DNA from: a virus
Lineage: Duplodnaviria > Caudoviricetes
IMG/VR virus record: IMGVR_UViG_3300033562_000573
Coordinates: 5,287-69,286 of that record
Length of the DNA stretch: 64,000 nt
Strand: one strand, 5' to 3'
Positions 27,283 to 37,415 of the stretch are shown in pieces (position 1 is the stretch's first letter; each line of letters begins with the position of its first letter). The position numbers were made by a program, and so were the translations under genes. The notes under the pieces were generated by a model. The model did no database searches. It was given only the letters and a program-made list of their open reading frames with translations, and was not told the DNA's origin.

Positions 27283-27825
27283 ATGATTAACGAAAGACAA
27301 GACCAAAAAGATGCTGTCTACTCTAATATGGCTAGAGAGATATCTAAGTTATCAAAAGATAAAAACACGCATGTAGGTTCTATTATAGTTGCTAGTGATG
27401 GCACACCCGTTTCATGGGGGTATAATGGAACCGTATCTGGATTTAACGATAGTAGAGTGCCTCATTCAAGAGACACAGAAACTCTAACGTATATGGTATT
27501 GGATGAAGATACATCGGATATAACTGTATGTGCATTCGAATCTAATAAGTATCCATTTATGTCACATGCTGAATCTAATGCGATATTTTTTGGTAATAAA
27601 GATAAACTCATTGGATCTACAATATATGTAACTGGATTTCCATGTGAGAATTGTGCATTACAAATAGCAAGAGCACAGATCGCACGTGTTGTAGTTACCG
27701 ATATTAATACAGATAGTGGATCTACTATAAATAATGATAATCATAGATCCATGTTCATATTTTCTCAACATAATATGAAACTTACTGTCAATGGTAAACA
27801 TTATAAATTATTATTATCAACCTAA
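27283..27825 (+). CDS. dCMP deaminase
   Basis: SKD..THVGS, GYNG, HAESNAI, FPCENCA. Confidence 0.9.
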   Translation: MINERQDQKDAVYSNMAREISKLSKDKNTHVGSIIVASDGTPVSWGYNGTVSGFNDSRVPHSRDTETLTYMVLDEDTSDITVCAFESNKYPFMSHAESNAIFFGNKDKLIGSTIYVTGFPCENCALQIARAQIARVVVTDINTDSGSTINNDNHRSMFIFSQHNMKLTVNGKHYKLLLST

Positions 27826-27897
27826 CCGACAGGTAAGTTATTTAGAATATATGTTATTATAAACAACTTATGTAACGCCTAAAAAAGAGAGATATAA

Positions 27898-29922
27898 ATG
27901 GCAAACACACCAAAGTATCATGGGACCCCAATTATCGAAGATAAACATGGGAAAATATTAAGACCAATAACAAGAGGACAACAAGACTTATTAGAGGCAA
28001 TGGAATCTAATGATATTATTTTTGTTAATGGACCTGCCGGAACAGGCAAAGCACAACCATTAACATCAAAACTATTAACACCATCAGGATGGAAATTAAT
28101 GGGTGATGTTAATATAGGAGATAAAATATTTGCCTTTGATGGTTCAATTTGTGATATTACCGGTATATTTCCACAAGGCAATAAAGATATATATGAGGTT
28201 ATATTTGACGATAATTCAAAAACTCATTGTTGCCTTGAGCATTTATGGGAAACAAAAACTGAATTAGAACGAGATAAACGACTTCTATCTTACGGTACAC
28301 CAAGCATAAAAAACTTAGCAGTTATAAAAGATACTTTATATGGACATGATAATAGATTAAATCATAGCATACCAATGGTGAGTAACATTAATTTTATTGG
28401 ATTAGAATTACCATTAGATCCGTATTTTATTGGGTTTCTATTAGGAGATGGTTCTACCAGAGGTGGTAGAGTAAGCATAACAACAGTAGATGATGAGATT
28501 AGTGATTATTGTTATGATATTGCTAAAAAATATAATGGTGATATTCGAAAAGATGGAATTTCATATATATTTAAAAAATTATTTAGAAGTTCATCTAGTA
28601 AATGTGAAATACATGAAATTATTTCATCCATTGGATTAATGAATAAATTATCGTATGATAAATTTATACCTGATATATATAAGTACACCTCATTAGATAA
28701 TAGAATTGCATTATTACAAGGATTATTAGATAGTGATGGTAGTATTGATAAATCTGGACATGTTATTGAATATTCAACCTCATCAAAAACATTGTCGGAT
28801 GATGTTAAATTAATAATACAATCATTAGGTGGGAAGGTATCAGTTACAGAAAAAATACCATCATATTCATATAAAGGTGTTAAAAAAAATGGACATGTAT
28901 CATATAGAATGATTATTAAATTACCACCTGATATAATTCCATTCAGATTAAGTAGAAAAATAGAACGATATATACCCAAATCTAAATATGTACCAGTTAG
29001 ATACATAAAAGAAATTAATTTTGTCGGTAATGATAAATGTCAATGTATTTCTATCGATCATCCTAGACATTTATATATAACAGATGATTTTATAGTGACT
29101 CATAATACGGTTATAGCAACATGGTACGGAATTGCTGGGATAGATGCAGGTCTTTATGATCAACTGGTGCTAACTAGACCAATTGTAGAAGCAGGTGAAG
29201 AATTAGGTTTCTTACCTGGAACGTTTGAAGAAAAAGTTGCTCCTTATATGCAACCATTATATGAAGCTATTGAAGTTGTTAAGGGCAAACGTATTACATC
29301 AGAAATGGATACAAAAATAGGTGCAACACAACAACAGAATTCTTATCGAGATAAGAAGGGAATGTTAAAAAAGAAGCCAGCAAACGATGCCCCATCTAAA
29401 AAGTCTCAGAATGAAGATTTTTATAAAAGAGTAAATGTATGTCCATTAGCTTATCTACGAGGATCTACAAAATCAAAGTCATTCATTATTCTTGATGAAG
29501 CACAAAATGTTACTACAACACAAATGAAATTAATGCTAACTCGTCTTGGACAAGGTTCTAAATTAATTGTATGTGGTGACATAAATCAATCAGATTTGGA
29601 AAGATCGTCAATGTCTGGATTTAGAGAAGCCCAGAAACTTTTGCAGAAAGTTGATAGAATTGGATTCGTTCATCTTGACATAAATGATATTGTCAGACAT
29701 AAGCTAATTCGTGATATTATTATACGTTACGAAAGTAAACAAGCTAAACGAAATAGTGATGTATACAGTAACCGATTTGATAATGAACATGACAATGAAA
29801 ATTTCAGAGATTTAAGAAATTTTGATTGTGATCTTGACGAGGATGCTGATACTGATGAAACAGGTACAGAATATCCTGATAATGAATCAGAGTATGAAGA
29901 AGATAATGTAGAAACAAAATAA
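27898..29922 (+). CDS. phoH: PhoH-family ATPase containing an intein
   Basis: GPAGTGK, LTRPIVEAGEELGFLPG, LAYLRG, DEAQN, LTRLG, GDINQSD. Confidence 0.92.
   Translation: MANTPKYHGTPIIEDKHGKILRPITRGQQDLLEAMESNDIIFVNGPAGTGKAQPLTSKLLTPSGWKLMGDVNIGDKIFAFDGSICDITGIFPQGNKDIYEVIFDDNSKTHCCLEHLWETKTELERDKRLLSYGTPSIKNLAVIKDTLYGHDNRLNHSIPMVSNINFIGLELPLDPYFIGFLLGDGSTRGGRVSITTVDDEISDYCYDIAKKYNGDIRKDGISYIFKKLFRSSSSKCEIHEIISSIGLMNKLSYDKFIPDIYKYTSLDNRIALLQGLLDSDGSIDKSGHVIEYSTSSKTLSDDVKLIIQSLGGKVSVTEKIPSYSYKGVKKNGHVSYRMIIKLPPDIIPFRLSRKIERYIPKSKYVPVRYIKEINFVGNDKCQCISIDHPRHLYITDDFIVTHNTVIATWYGIAGIDAGLYDQLVLTRPIVEAGEELGFLPGTFEEKVAPYMQPLYEAIEVVKGKRITSEMDTKIGATQQQNSYRDKKGMLKKKPANDAPSKKSQNEDFYKRVNVCPLAYLRGSTKSKSFIILDEAQNVTTTQMKLMLTRLGQGSKLIVCGDINQSDLERSSMSGFREAQKLLQKVDRIGFVHLDINDIVRHKLIRDIIIRYESKQAKRNSDVYSNRFDNEHDNENFRDLRNFDCDLDEDADTDETGTEYPDNESEYEEDNVETK
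28051..29106 (+). mobile_element. Ala1 (class 3-like) intein with LAGLIDADG endonuclease, 352 aa
   Basis: GK|AQPL ... VTHN|T; IGFLLGDG and LQGLLDSDG. Confidence 0.9.
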
Positions 29923-29932
29923 TATAAACTAG

Positions 29933-30403
29933 TTGCATATCGAGGTTTATGCAACTTTTTTTATGCTTGGTGGATCATTCATATTAATGTTTAATAAATC
30001 ATGCAATTCCATATTGCTTGGTTATAGATCATCCAATACTAATTGGAATCCTAATACATGGTGTCCATTCGGTGGAACTATTGAAGATGGTGAAATTCCA
30101 CTAGAAACCGCAAAACGTGAATATCAAGAAGAAACTGGTATATCACCAGAATCATATGAAATTTCTAAAAAACCTATATTTATTAAAGAAGATGAAGATT
30201 CTTCTGGACATTTACATCAAATGTTTCTATATTTAGGAATACTCTTACATGGAATAGAACCAGTTATCAATGATGAGCATGAACAATATAAATGGGTTGA
30301 GCTTGGTGATTTATTATCAATGAAATTACACCCTATAATACTCGAAATGCTATCGTGTGATAGATCTGTTGAATATATAAAGGATTTTTTATCTGATTAT
30401 TGA
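29933..30403 (+). CDS. Nudix hydrolase
   Basis: GGTIEDGEIPLETAKREYQEETG. Confidence 0.88.
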   Translation: MHIEVYATFFMLGGSFILMFNKSCNSILLGYRSSNTNWNPNTWCPFGGTIEDGEIPLETAKREYQEETGISPESYEISKKPIFIKEDEDSSGHLHQMFLYLGILLHGIEPVINDEHEQYKWVELGDLLSMKLHPIILEMLSCDRSVEYIKDFLSDY

Positions 30404-30410
30404 GGGGAAT

Positions 30411-30599
30411 ATGGAAGATAAAATTTGTAATAATATACAAGAATTTACTAATTTTCTGCAATTACAAGCAGAAGAAATGAAAAAATATAAATGGATAGAA
30501 TCCGAAAAAGTTGGTCATGATTTAGGCAACAATGCTATTAGCGACTGGATACAAAAATACGCTAAAGATTTTCGTGAACAATATTTACATTCACATTAA
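30411..30599 (+). CDS. Small conserved-looking hypothetical protein
   Basis: EEMKKYKWIESEKVGHDLG...W. Confidence 0.6.
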   Translation: MEDKICNNIQEFTNFLQLQAEEMKKYKWIESEKVGHDLGNNAISDWIQKYAKDFREQYLHSH

Positions 30600-31196
30600 T
30601 ACCTTTCTAAACAATGCCTCATATTGTCGAGGTAATCTACTATAATCTAATGAATATAAATCGGTTGGCATTTCGTCAACAATCTCTTTATCATATATAG
30701 AGCCTTTAAAATCCCACGTTCTAACTTTCTTCACAAAATTATAACTCAATATATATGAATTTGCCGCTTGACAATATTTATTAATGTCAAGATGTAAGTT
30801 AAATTGTTTTATTACATTTATGGTTCGTCTTTCACAATTTAATTCACATTCTCGATTGAGAGATAATGCTTTATTTACAGTAGATTTTTTATATTCATGA
30901 CCTTCAATCCATTTATTCATTATTGTTATTGAATCAATACCACCACGTAATTTAGTTTTAAAATATGCTGGATCTAATTCAATCCACTGTAGTAAATGTG
31001 AATATTCATGCGCTAATGTTCTGATAACCCAACCGTCTGATCCTGATGATACTGCTATTTTTTCTTCATCAAAATAACCACCGTATGTATGTATGCCATC
31101 TCGTAGTATTTGTTTTTTTGATAGTAATAATCTCATGTCGTGAGTTCGACATTCTTGTTTTACGTGAGAAATAAAAGCAAGATGATTAGGGTGCAT
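30591..31196 (-). CDS. HEXXH metalloprotein-like hypothetical protein
   Basis: LAHEYSHLLQW...ELNCE. Confidence 0.5.
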   Translation of the reverse strand: MHPNHLAFISHVKQECRTHDMRLLLSKKQILRDGIHTYGGYFDEEKIAVSSGSDGWVIRTLAHEYSHLLQWIELDPAYFKTKLRGGIDSITIMNKWIEGHEYKKSTVNKALSLNRECELNCERRTINVIKQFNLHLDINKYCQAANSYILSYNFVKKVRTWDFKGSIYDKEIVDEMPTDLYSLDYSRLPRQYEALFRKVLM

Positions 31197-31208
31197 AACA
31201 TAATTAGT

Positions 31209-32027
31209 TTATACATAAATATAATTAACAAATTTTGGGTTTTTTGATAATAGTCTCCATCTAATTACGGTAGTTGATATATTTAATTTATTGGAAGCAT
31301 CCTGTAATGATTCATATTTTATATTATCTATGATAAATGGTTTTTTATTAGGTGGAATGAAATTTCTTTCTTTATTCTTTTTTGATATAAGTTCTTTAGT
31401 TTTGTTTGAGTGTTGTTTTCCATAAAATGGATTCAATGCTCCTGTTTTTTGTTTGGCTAATTCACTCAATTGCAATCTTCGGATATTGGTAAATGATTGT
31501 TTCATACAGGTCTTCGTTTTATCTGATAGTTTTCTTCCTGTTAATTTTGTTTTTATTATTTCTTTTGTTTCAAGTGAATGTTTTTTACCAAACATTCCGT
31601 TATTACTACCAGTATGTAATTCAATCCATTTATTGCGAGTTTCGTTGGTCATGTTAACCCACTTAGTTTTCATGGTATTTGATAGTTTTTCTCGTATAAT
31701 TGCATTATTTGGGTGGTTTGATATTATATCACCTCCAGATGCATTAGCTAAATTATATCCATATGTATAATTTTTAACATTTAATGCTGTTATATAAAAA
31801 TCCTCTCGCTCTAATAGGTTTGATATATCATCTACTATTTCTATTATATCAAAGACGAAAGATGATTCTCCATATTTATTGAAACTTCTCTGTAAGTAAA
31901 TATTTATGTGTATATTATGACGTAAGTTATATAAATGTTGTTTAATTCTTGTATTAAAATTTTTCGTACTTCCTATATATTTCTTATTATTTGCTATATT
32001 TGTAATAGAATAAATGCATGATATCAT
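31209..32027 (-). CDS. GIY-YIG homing endonuclease with NUMOD3 repeats
   Basis: CIYSITN...KKYIGST; MFGKKHS, PFYGKQHS; start reassigned to M71. Confidence 0.88.
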   Translation of the reverse strand: MISCIYSITNIANNKKYIGSTKNFNTRIKQHLYNLRHNIHINIYLQRSFNKYGESSFVFDIIEIVDDISNLLEREDFYITALNVKNYTYGYNLANASGGDIISNHPNNAIIREKLSNTMKTKWVNMTNETRNKWIELHTGSNNGMFGKKHSLETKEIIKTKLTGRKLSDKTKTCMKQSFTNIRRLQLSELAKQKTGALNPFYGKQHSNKTKELISKKNKERNFIPPNKKPFIIDNIKYESLQDASNKLNISTTVIRWRLLSKNPKFVNYIYV

Positions 32028-32080
32028 AAAGAACCTTTTATTGGTATTGTGTTTAATGTTTATAATATCGGAGAAATAAA

Positions 32081-33103
32081 ATGAAAACGTATTTAGATTT
32101 AGTATCTGATGTACTAAAAAATGGTGAATTAGTTGGTAATAGAACAGGAATTCGTACAAAAATGGTTGTTGGTAGACATTTTGTACATGATATGAGAACT
32201 GGATTTCCGCTATTGACAAGCAAAAAGATAAATCCACAAACCATATTCACCGAATTGGAGGGATTTATCAAAGGAATAACTGATAAAAAATGGTATCAGG
32301 AGCGAAAGTGTTATATTTGGGATGAATGGTGTAATCCACAAGCAATAAATGTAATATATGGACATTCAATGGATGCTGATGTTCAATTAGATATATTATT
32401 GAAAAGACAAAAGGAAAATCCGTCACTATCTCCAAAAATGGTGCCAATGTTAACTCAATTATGTAATAATCATCGCAGTGTATCTTTTGCGATTGATGTT
32501 AACAAAGCTATACAGTTATATGAAACCGACTTAGGTCCGATTTATGGATATCAATGGAGATCATTTGGTAAACAATATAAAGTTGACAAGAACAATGATA
32601 CTGAATATTCATATAATGCATTTGATGGTATAGATCAATTAAAAAATTTAGTTGATAGAATGAAAACAAATCCACTTGATCGCAGAATGATTGTAAGTGC
32701 ATGGAATCCAATTGAAATTGAAGCTAATACGATGGCATTACCTCCATGTCATTGGGCATTTGAAGTACATTCAAATGGAACTGAGTTTGATTTAATATGG
32801 CATCAACGATCAGTGGATGTATTCTTGGGATTGCCATATAATATAGCAAGCTATGGTATGTTGATGAAATTATTGGAAAAAGAAACAGGGTTAACTGCAC
32901 GATATCTTAATGGTTTTTTGGCTAATACTCATATTTATGAGAACCATATGGATCAGATAAATATACAATTGTCTCGTGAACCATATGAATTACCAACATT
33001 AAAATTACCAGATGATGTAAACATATTCACGTGGGAATCACATCAATGGGAATTAATTAATTATCAGCATCACCCATTTATTAAAGCACCTGTAGCAGTA
33101 TGA
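32081..33103 (+). CDS. thyA: Thymidylate synthase
   Basis: FPLLT.KK, LGPIYGYQWR, RRMIVSAWN, LPPCH, QRSVD..LGLPYNIASY, HIYENH. Confidence 0.95.
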   Translation: MKTYLDLVSDVLKNGELVGNRTGIRTKMVVGRHFVHDMRTGFPLLTSKKINPQTIFTELEGFIKGITDKKWYQERKCYIWDEWCNPQAINVIYGHSMDADVQLDILLKRQKENPSLSPKMVPMLTQLCNNHRSVSFAIDVNKAIQLYETDLGPIYGYQWRSFGKQYKVDKNNDTEYSYNAFDGIDQLKNLVDRMKTNPLDRRMIVSAWNPIEIEANTMALPPCHWAFEVHSNGTEFDLIWHQRSVDVFLGLPYNIASYGMLMKLLEKETGLTARYLNGFLANTHIYENHMDQINIQLSREPYELPTLKLPDDVNIFTWESHQWELINYQHHPFIKAPVAV

Positions 33104-33198
33104 AAAATAAATCGATCATATTTAAATATATGATCGATTTTCATTTACAAATACAAAACATTTTTCTATATTGATGTCAAGAAAAAACTGGAGAACCC

Positions 33199-33951
33199 AT
33201 GAGTAGAGATTATAAATGCAAAAACCACACAGTACTATCAATTCAAGAAGAGTTCGAAATATTCGATCAATATAAAAATACATCAGACGAAAATCTTAAA
33301 GAGAAGCTACGAAATAAAATAATAGAGCACAATATGAAGTTCGCTATGGGTTGTGCTTTAGTCTATATGAAACGGTGGAAGCAGGTAGATCCAAATGACT
33401 TGAAAGGATATGCCGTGATGGGTTTAATAGAAGCATTTGATAATTTCGATCATACACGAAATGTTAAATTTTCATCATACGCTTCATGGTGGATAAAATG
33501 CACTATAAATCGTAATGCCGAAAGTAATGAAAGTTTGATCCGTTATCCAAGCAACAAACACAGAGAACTGTATTTGCATTATGTAGATACTGTCAATGAT
33601 GAAGAAAATAATGCAAGTGATGAATTTGATGTTATCAGTAGTAATATTTTTGGTGGTGTATCAATAGAACAACCATTAGATAATACAGATTTGACAATAG
33701 GTGATACACTAAGTGATGTATGCAATATCGAATCCGATTTTGTGGCATCAGAAACAATACGAAATGCTTTGAATGGATTATCACCTATACAACGAAGAGT
33801 GGTTGAAGGTATTTTTGGTTTTGATGACGGTGAAAAAAAGACTGTTCGTGAATTGGCAGAAATTTTAAATATATCACATGAAAATGTTAGAACTATAAAA
33901 AACAAGGCAATTGTGTTATTGATTAATCGAAATAATAAGGGTGAGCTGTAA
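33199..33951 (+). CDS. Phage sigma70-family sigma factor
   Basis: Region 2 GLIEAFDNFD...KFSSYASWWI; region 4 HTH KTVRELAEILNISHENVR. Confidence 0.85.
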   Translation: MSRDYKCKNHTVLSIQEEFEIFDQYKNTSDENLKEKLRNKIIEHNMKFAMGCALVYMKRWKQVDPNDLKGYAVMGLIEAFDNFDHTRNVKFSSYASWWIKCTINRNAESNESLIRYPSNKHRELYLHYVDTVNDEENNASDEFDVISSNIFGGVSIEQPLDNTDLTIGDTLSDVCNIESDFVASETIRNALNGLSPIQRRVVEGIFGFDDGEKKTVRELAEILNISHENVRTIKNKAIVLLINRNNKGEL

Positions 33952-34253
33952 TGGCTAAAACCTGTAAACTGTGTTTTATCTCTACGGCAGAATCGCTGAA
34001 ATCACCGATTGAATGTAATAGTATTGCACAGGTTTTATTGCATTTCAACTACGTTGAACGTTGGGGAAATGCAAAAATTGTACAAGATAACTTACCCGAT
34101 GATTCAAAGAATGTTCTTTCCTTTTTTAGTGCAATTAAGAAAATGAGTTCCGATGGATTTCAAGTAAAAAAATTTCACGAACTTTGGGAACTCTGTAATA
34201 TGACTGAAATAACAGATTATATTATAGACAAACCACTGGTATTAAGTAGTTAG
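33951..34253 (+). CDS. Hypothetical protein
   Basis: ORF coupled to the sigma gene. Confidence 0.55.
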   Translation: MAKTCKLCFISTAESLKSPIECNSIAQVLLHFNYVERWGNAKIVQDNLPDDSKNVLSFFSAIKKMSSDGFQVKKFHELWELCNMTEITDYIIDKPLVLSS

Positions 34254-34260
34254 GAGTATT

Positions 34261-34782
34261 ATGGGAATTGAGATTGAAAGAAAATATTTAATAAAAAATA
34301 ATAAATGGAAATCACATATATTGAGTCATTTTACTAAGATAATAACCCAAGGTTATATATCATCTAGTAACGGCAAAGTGGTGCGTGTGAGATCTGTTAG
34401 TTCAGGTGATGATCATACAGGATTTATTACAATTAAAGGTCCAACTAAAGGTATTTCACGTCCTGAATATGAATACAAAATTCCATATCAAGATGCTCGT
34501 GATATGATTAATACGTTATGTACAGATACCATAAAAAAGACTAGATATATGGTTAATGTAACTGGTGTGATAGTACCAAATCCTGATATGGATGATGAGT
34601 TATATTGGGAGATAGATGTTTTTCATGCTAAGAATAAAGGCTTGGTTATTGCTGAAATTGAACTTCCTCATAGTAAAACTAAATATGATCTACCCGAATG
34701 GATTTTACGAGATGTAAGTGATCAACGTAAATATTCAAATACAAATCTAATAAAATCACCATATAAATCATGGTCTAAATAA
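34261..34782 (+). CDS. CYTH-domain protein
   Basis: EIERKYL, ITQGY, VRVR, ITIKG, EYEY, KTRY, WEIDVF, AEIE. Confidence 0.9.
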   Translation: MGIEIERKYLIKNNKWKSHILSHFTKIITQGYISSSNGKVVRVRSVSSGDDHTGFITIKGPTKGISRPEYEYKIPYQDARDMINTLCTDTIKKTRYMVNVTGVIVPNPDMDDELYWEIDVFHAKNKGLVIAEIELPHSKTKYDLPEWILRDVSDQRKYSNTNLIKSPYKSWSK

Positions 34783-34784
34783 TC

Positions 34785-36021
34785 ATGTTTAATAATCGAT
34801 TATCAAAATATAAGAAAGCATTATTGTTAGGTACTGGTGGTGGTAATGACATCGTAAGTGCTACCTTAATTGCCGACTATTTAATAGCACAAGGAATATC
34901 ATGTTGTATTAAGTCCAGGTGCTATACATGAGTTTGCTGGTTATTCAGAACTTGCTGTGAATGAAATAACTAATACACCAGTTAGACGATATTTAAATAG
35001 ACCACTTAATAGACTAGAAATATCATTTTTGGATTCACTATTACCAGAAACAGCACGGAATGCTGGATATAAGGTTGGTAAATTTTTTGAATTATCTACT
35101 AAATTTGGAACCGAGAATTTAGTAACTGAACTCAATAAGCTAATCGAGCGTGAAGAATACGATGTATTCATAGAAGTTGATGTTGGTGGTGACATATTAG
35201 GTAGACGATGTGATAAAACTATCCTGTCACCTCTTATGGATTTCACATCACTATACCTATTAGATAAAGTATCAATAGATTCCTATTTAATTGAATTTGG
35301 ACTTGGTACTGATGGCGAATTGCGTCCATTAGGAATACAAGAAATATTTCAAGCACTTGTTATGAAGAATGCCTATCTAGGTGAGGATGATATCGATATA
35401 ACAGATCCTGAAATAGACAGATTTAAAAAGGTATTGGAAACAATAAATAAAGTCAGAATTGGACATACAGCAACAATGACATTAGAAACCTTGACCAACA
35501 AAGGTAAATCTGATATACATACCCAATATTATTCCACATGGAAAGTAGGTGGGAAGACTTGGAAAAATTATTATGATGTGACTTTACCAGCATCTTCATT
35601 TGGTAAAGTATATTTGTTTGATGGACGTATACTACCTTCCTTACGAACCGATACAGCATTTTCTTATGAAACACCATTGGAACAATTCATTAAGTTGAAG
35701 AAAACCAAAGATTGGAAAACTGAATTAGATATGTGCTATATTGACAATGGAAGTGTGTTATGTTTAACTCCATCATTACAAGTACCCGAAGATATGCGTA
35801 TTGAAATGATTAAACATGGGTTAGATTACCAGTTTAATACGCTAAGATTCGGACAAGTTTTAATGTTACGCAACGATGCACATCTATGTGGTAATTATCA
35901 TGTTAAATACTGTAAAGATTTTATCATCGTAGCTAATAACGAATTAAAATTTATAATTGATGAAGAAGAATGCAGTTCATTTGATGTACTGTTTGAACAA
36001 ATAACTAAATATGAGAAATAA
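34785..36021 (+). pseudogene. DUF1152-like protein, split by an apparent frameshift near 34905
   Basis: LLLGTGGGNDIVSA (34785-34931) then VLSPGA...VDVGGDIL...GTDGEL in another frame. Confidence 0.6.
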
Positions 36022-36534
36022 ATGAATTACTATACAAGCGACTTACATTTCGATCACTTCAACATAATAAAATTTTGTGATCGACCTTACGCAACTGCCG
36101 AAGAAATGAATCAGGCATTGAAAGATAAATGGAATGCACGAGTAAAACCAGAAGATCATGTGTATGTTCTAGGTGATATATGCATGCAGGTAGATGGTTT
36201 TATTAAACACATGGAATCATTAAATGGATTTAAGCATATTGTCCGTGGAAACCATGATCCAAAAAACATTCTATCTAAGAAGATAAAGAATACATTTTTT
36301 ACAGAACTTATTCATATTGTTCATGATTGCAATAATAAAATTGTATTATGTCATTATCCAATGTATGAATGGAACGGTTATTATAACGGTGTATATCACT
36401 TCTATGGACATGTACACGGAACTAGACCATCTTTCCATGAACGTGCATTTGAAGTTGGTGTAGATATGCAAGATTATGAACCAAAGACATTTCAAGAAAT
36501 AATTTCAAAGGTGCAATATGTCAACAAAGACTAA
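36022..36534 (+). CDS. Calcineurin-like metallophosphoesterase
   Basis: TSDLHFDH, LGD, GNHD, HYP, GHVH. Confidence 0.88.
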   Translation: MNYYTSDLHFDHFNIIKFCDRPYATAEEMNQALKDKWNARVKPEDHVYVLGDICMQVDGFIKHMESLNGFKHIVRGNHDPKNILSKKIKNTFFTELIHIVHDCNNKIVLCHYPMYEWNGYYNGVYHFYGHVHGTRPSFHERAFEVGVDMQDYEPKTFQEIISKVQYVNKD

Positions 36535-36683
36535 ATTAATTTTACTGGCATTCCTGTTAATTTTTATTGTTGTTATAATAAAGACAACTGCTATGCTAAT
36601 AACTTGGCTATTCAGTAAATTAATTATATTAGCAGTAGTTGCATTTATTGTATATTTGTTAGTATCATCAATGAGGAAATGAT

Positions 36684-36902
36684 ATGAAAGCACTTATTAA
36701 AAACTTAACAGTATTAGCAGCCTACGGCACAATGTTTTTCCTTGTGATTAATAAGGTATTAAAAATAGATACTAAAAAATCAATTGGATTGGCGTTTATT
36801 ATTGCGTTTGTTACTGGCATATTAAATGCAATTTACATACAAGTAAGTGATATAAATAACAAGGTAAAATCTAATGATATTACCAAGTCAAATATTTCCT
36901 GA
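36684..36902 (+). CDS. Small membrane protein
   Basis: Two hydrophobic segments. Confidence 0.45.
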   Translation: MKALIKNLTVLAAYGTMFFLVINKVLKIDTKKSIGLAFIIAFVTGILNAIYIQVSDINNKVKSNDITKSNIS

Positions 36903-37386
36903 AAGGGAATATCACCGAATATGGAATAAATTTTGGAACAGTGCCGAGGGAGGGAATTACAATTCTCTCACCGCTGACGAATCTATAATTATACGCCATA
37001 TTTATACTGAATTATTGAGGCTCAATTTTTCCGATTATAAGGACTCTGGAGCCTTTAATTTACCAATTCGATTGAATGATGGTACTCCTTTATTAAATGG
37101 CTACAATCGCATTGTAATCGGAAATCATGGGGCATATATAGAGTTTGATGCACATAACTTATTGTTACCAATTCAAACTAAGATAGGTCAGGAATTTCGA
37201 GAACAAGAAACATATAAATGTAAATATCACTGGAAAAATCCATTTGTAAATGGTGCACCCGTTGATGTTAAAATATATTACCAGATCGAGAAAGTTAATT
37301 ACGCTGATTACCTGGTTGGGATGTATTACATAGATCCATATGAAATACAACACACACCACCAGCAACCAACTTCGATTTATTATGA
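36874..37386 (+). CDS. Hypothetical protein
   Basis: YNRIVIGNHGAYIEF; followed by a bidirectional terminator. Confidence 0.6.
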   Translation: MILPSQIFPEREYHRIWNKFWNSAEGGNYNSLTADESIIIRHIYTELLRLNFSDYKDSGAFNLPIRLNDGTPLLNGYNRIVIGNHGAYIEFDAHNLLLPIQTKIGQEFREQETYKCKYHWKNPFVNGAPVDVKIYYQIEKVNYADYLVGMYYIDPYEIQHTPPATNFDLL

Positions 37387-37415
37387 AAAAAGCCACTTAT
37401 TAAGTGGCTTTCTTG

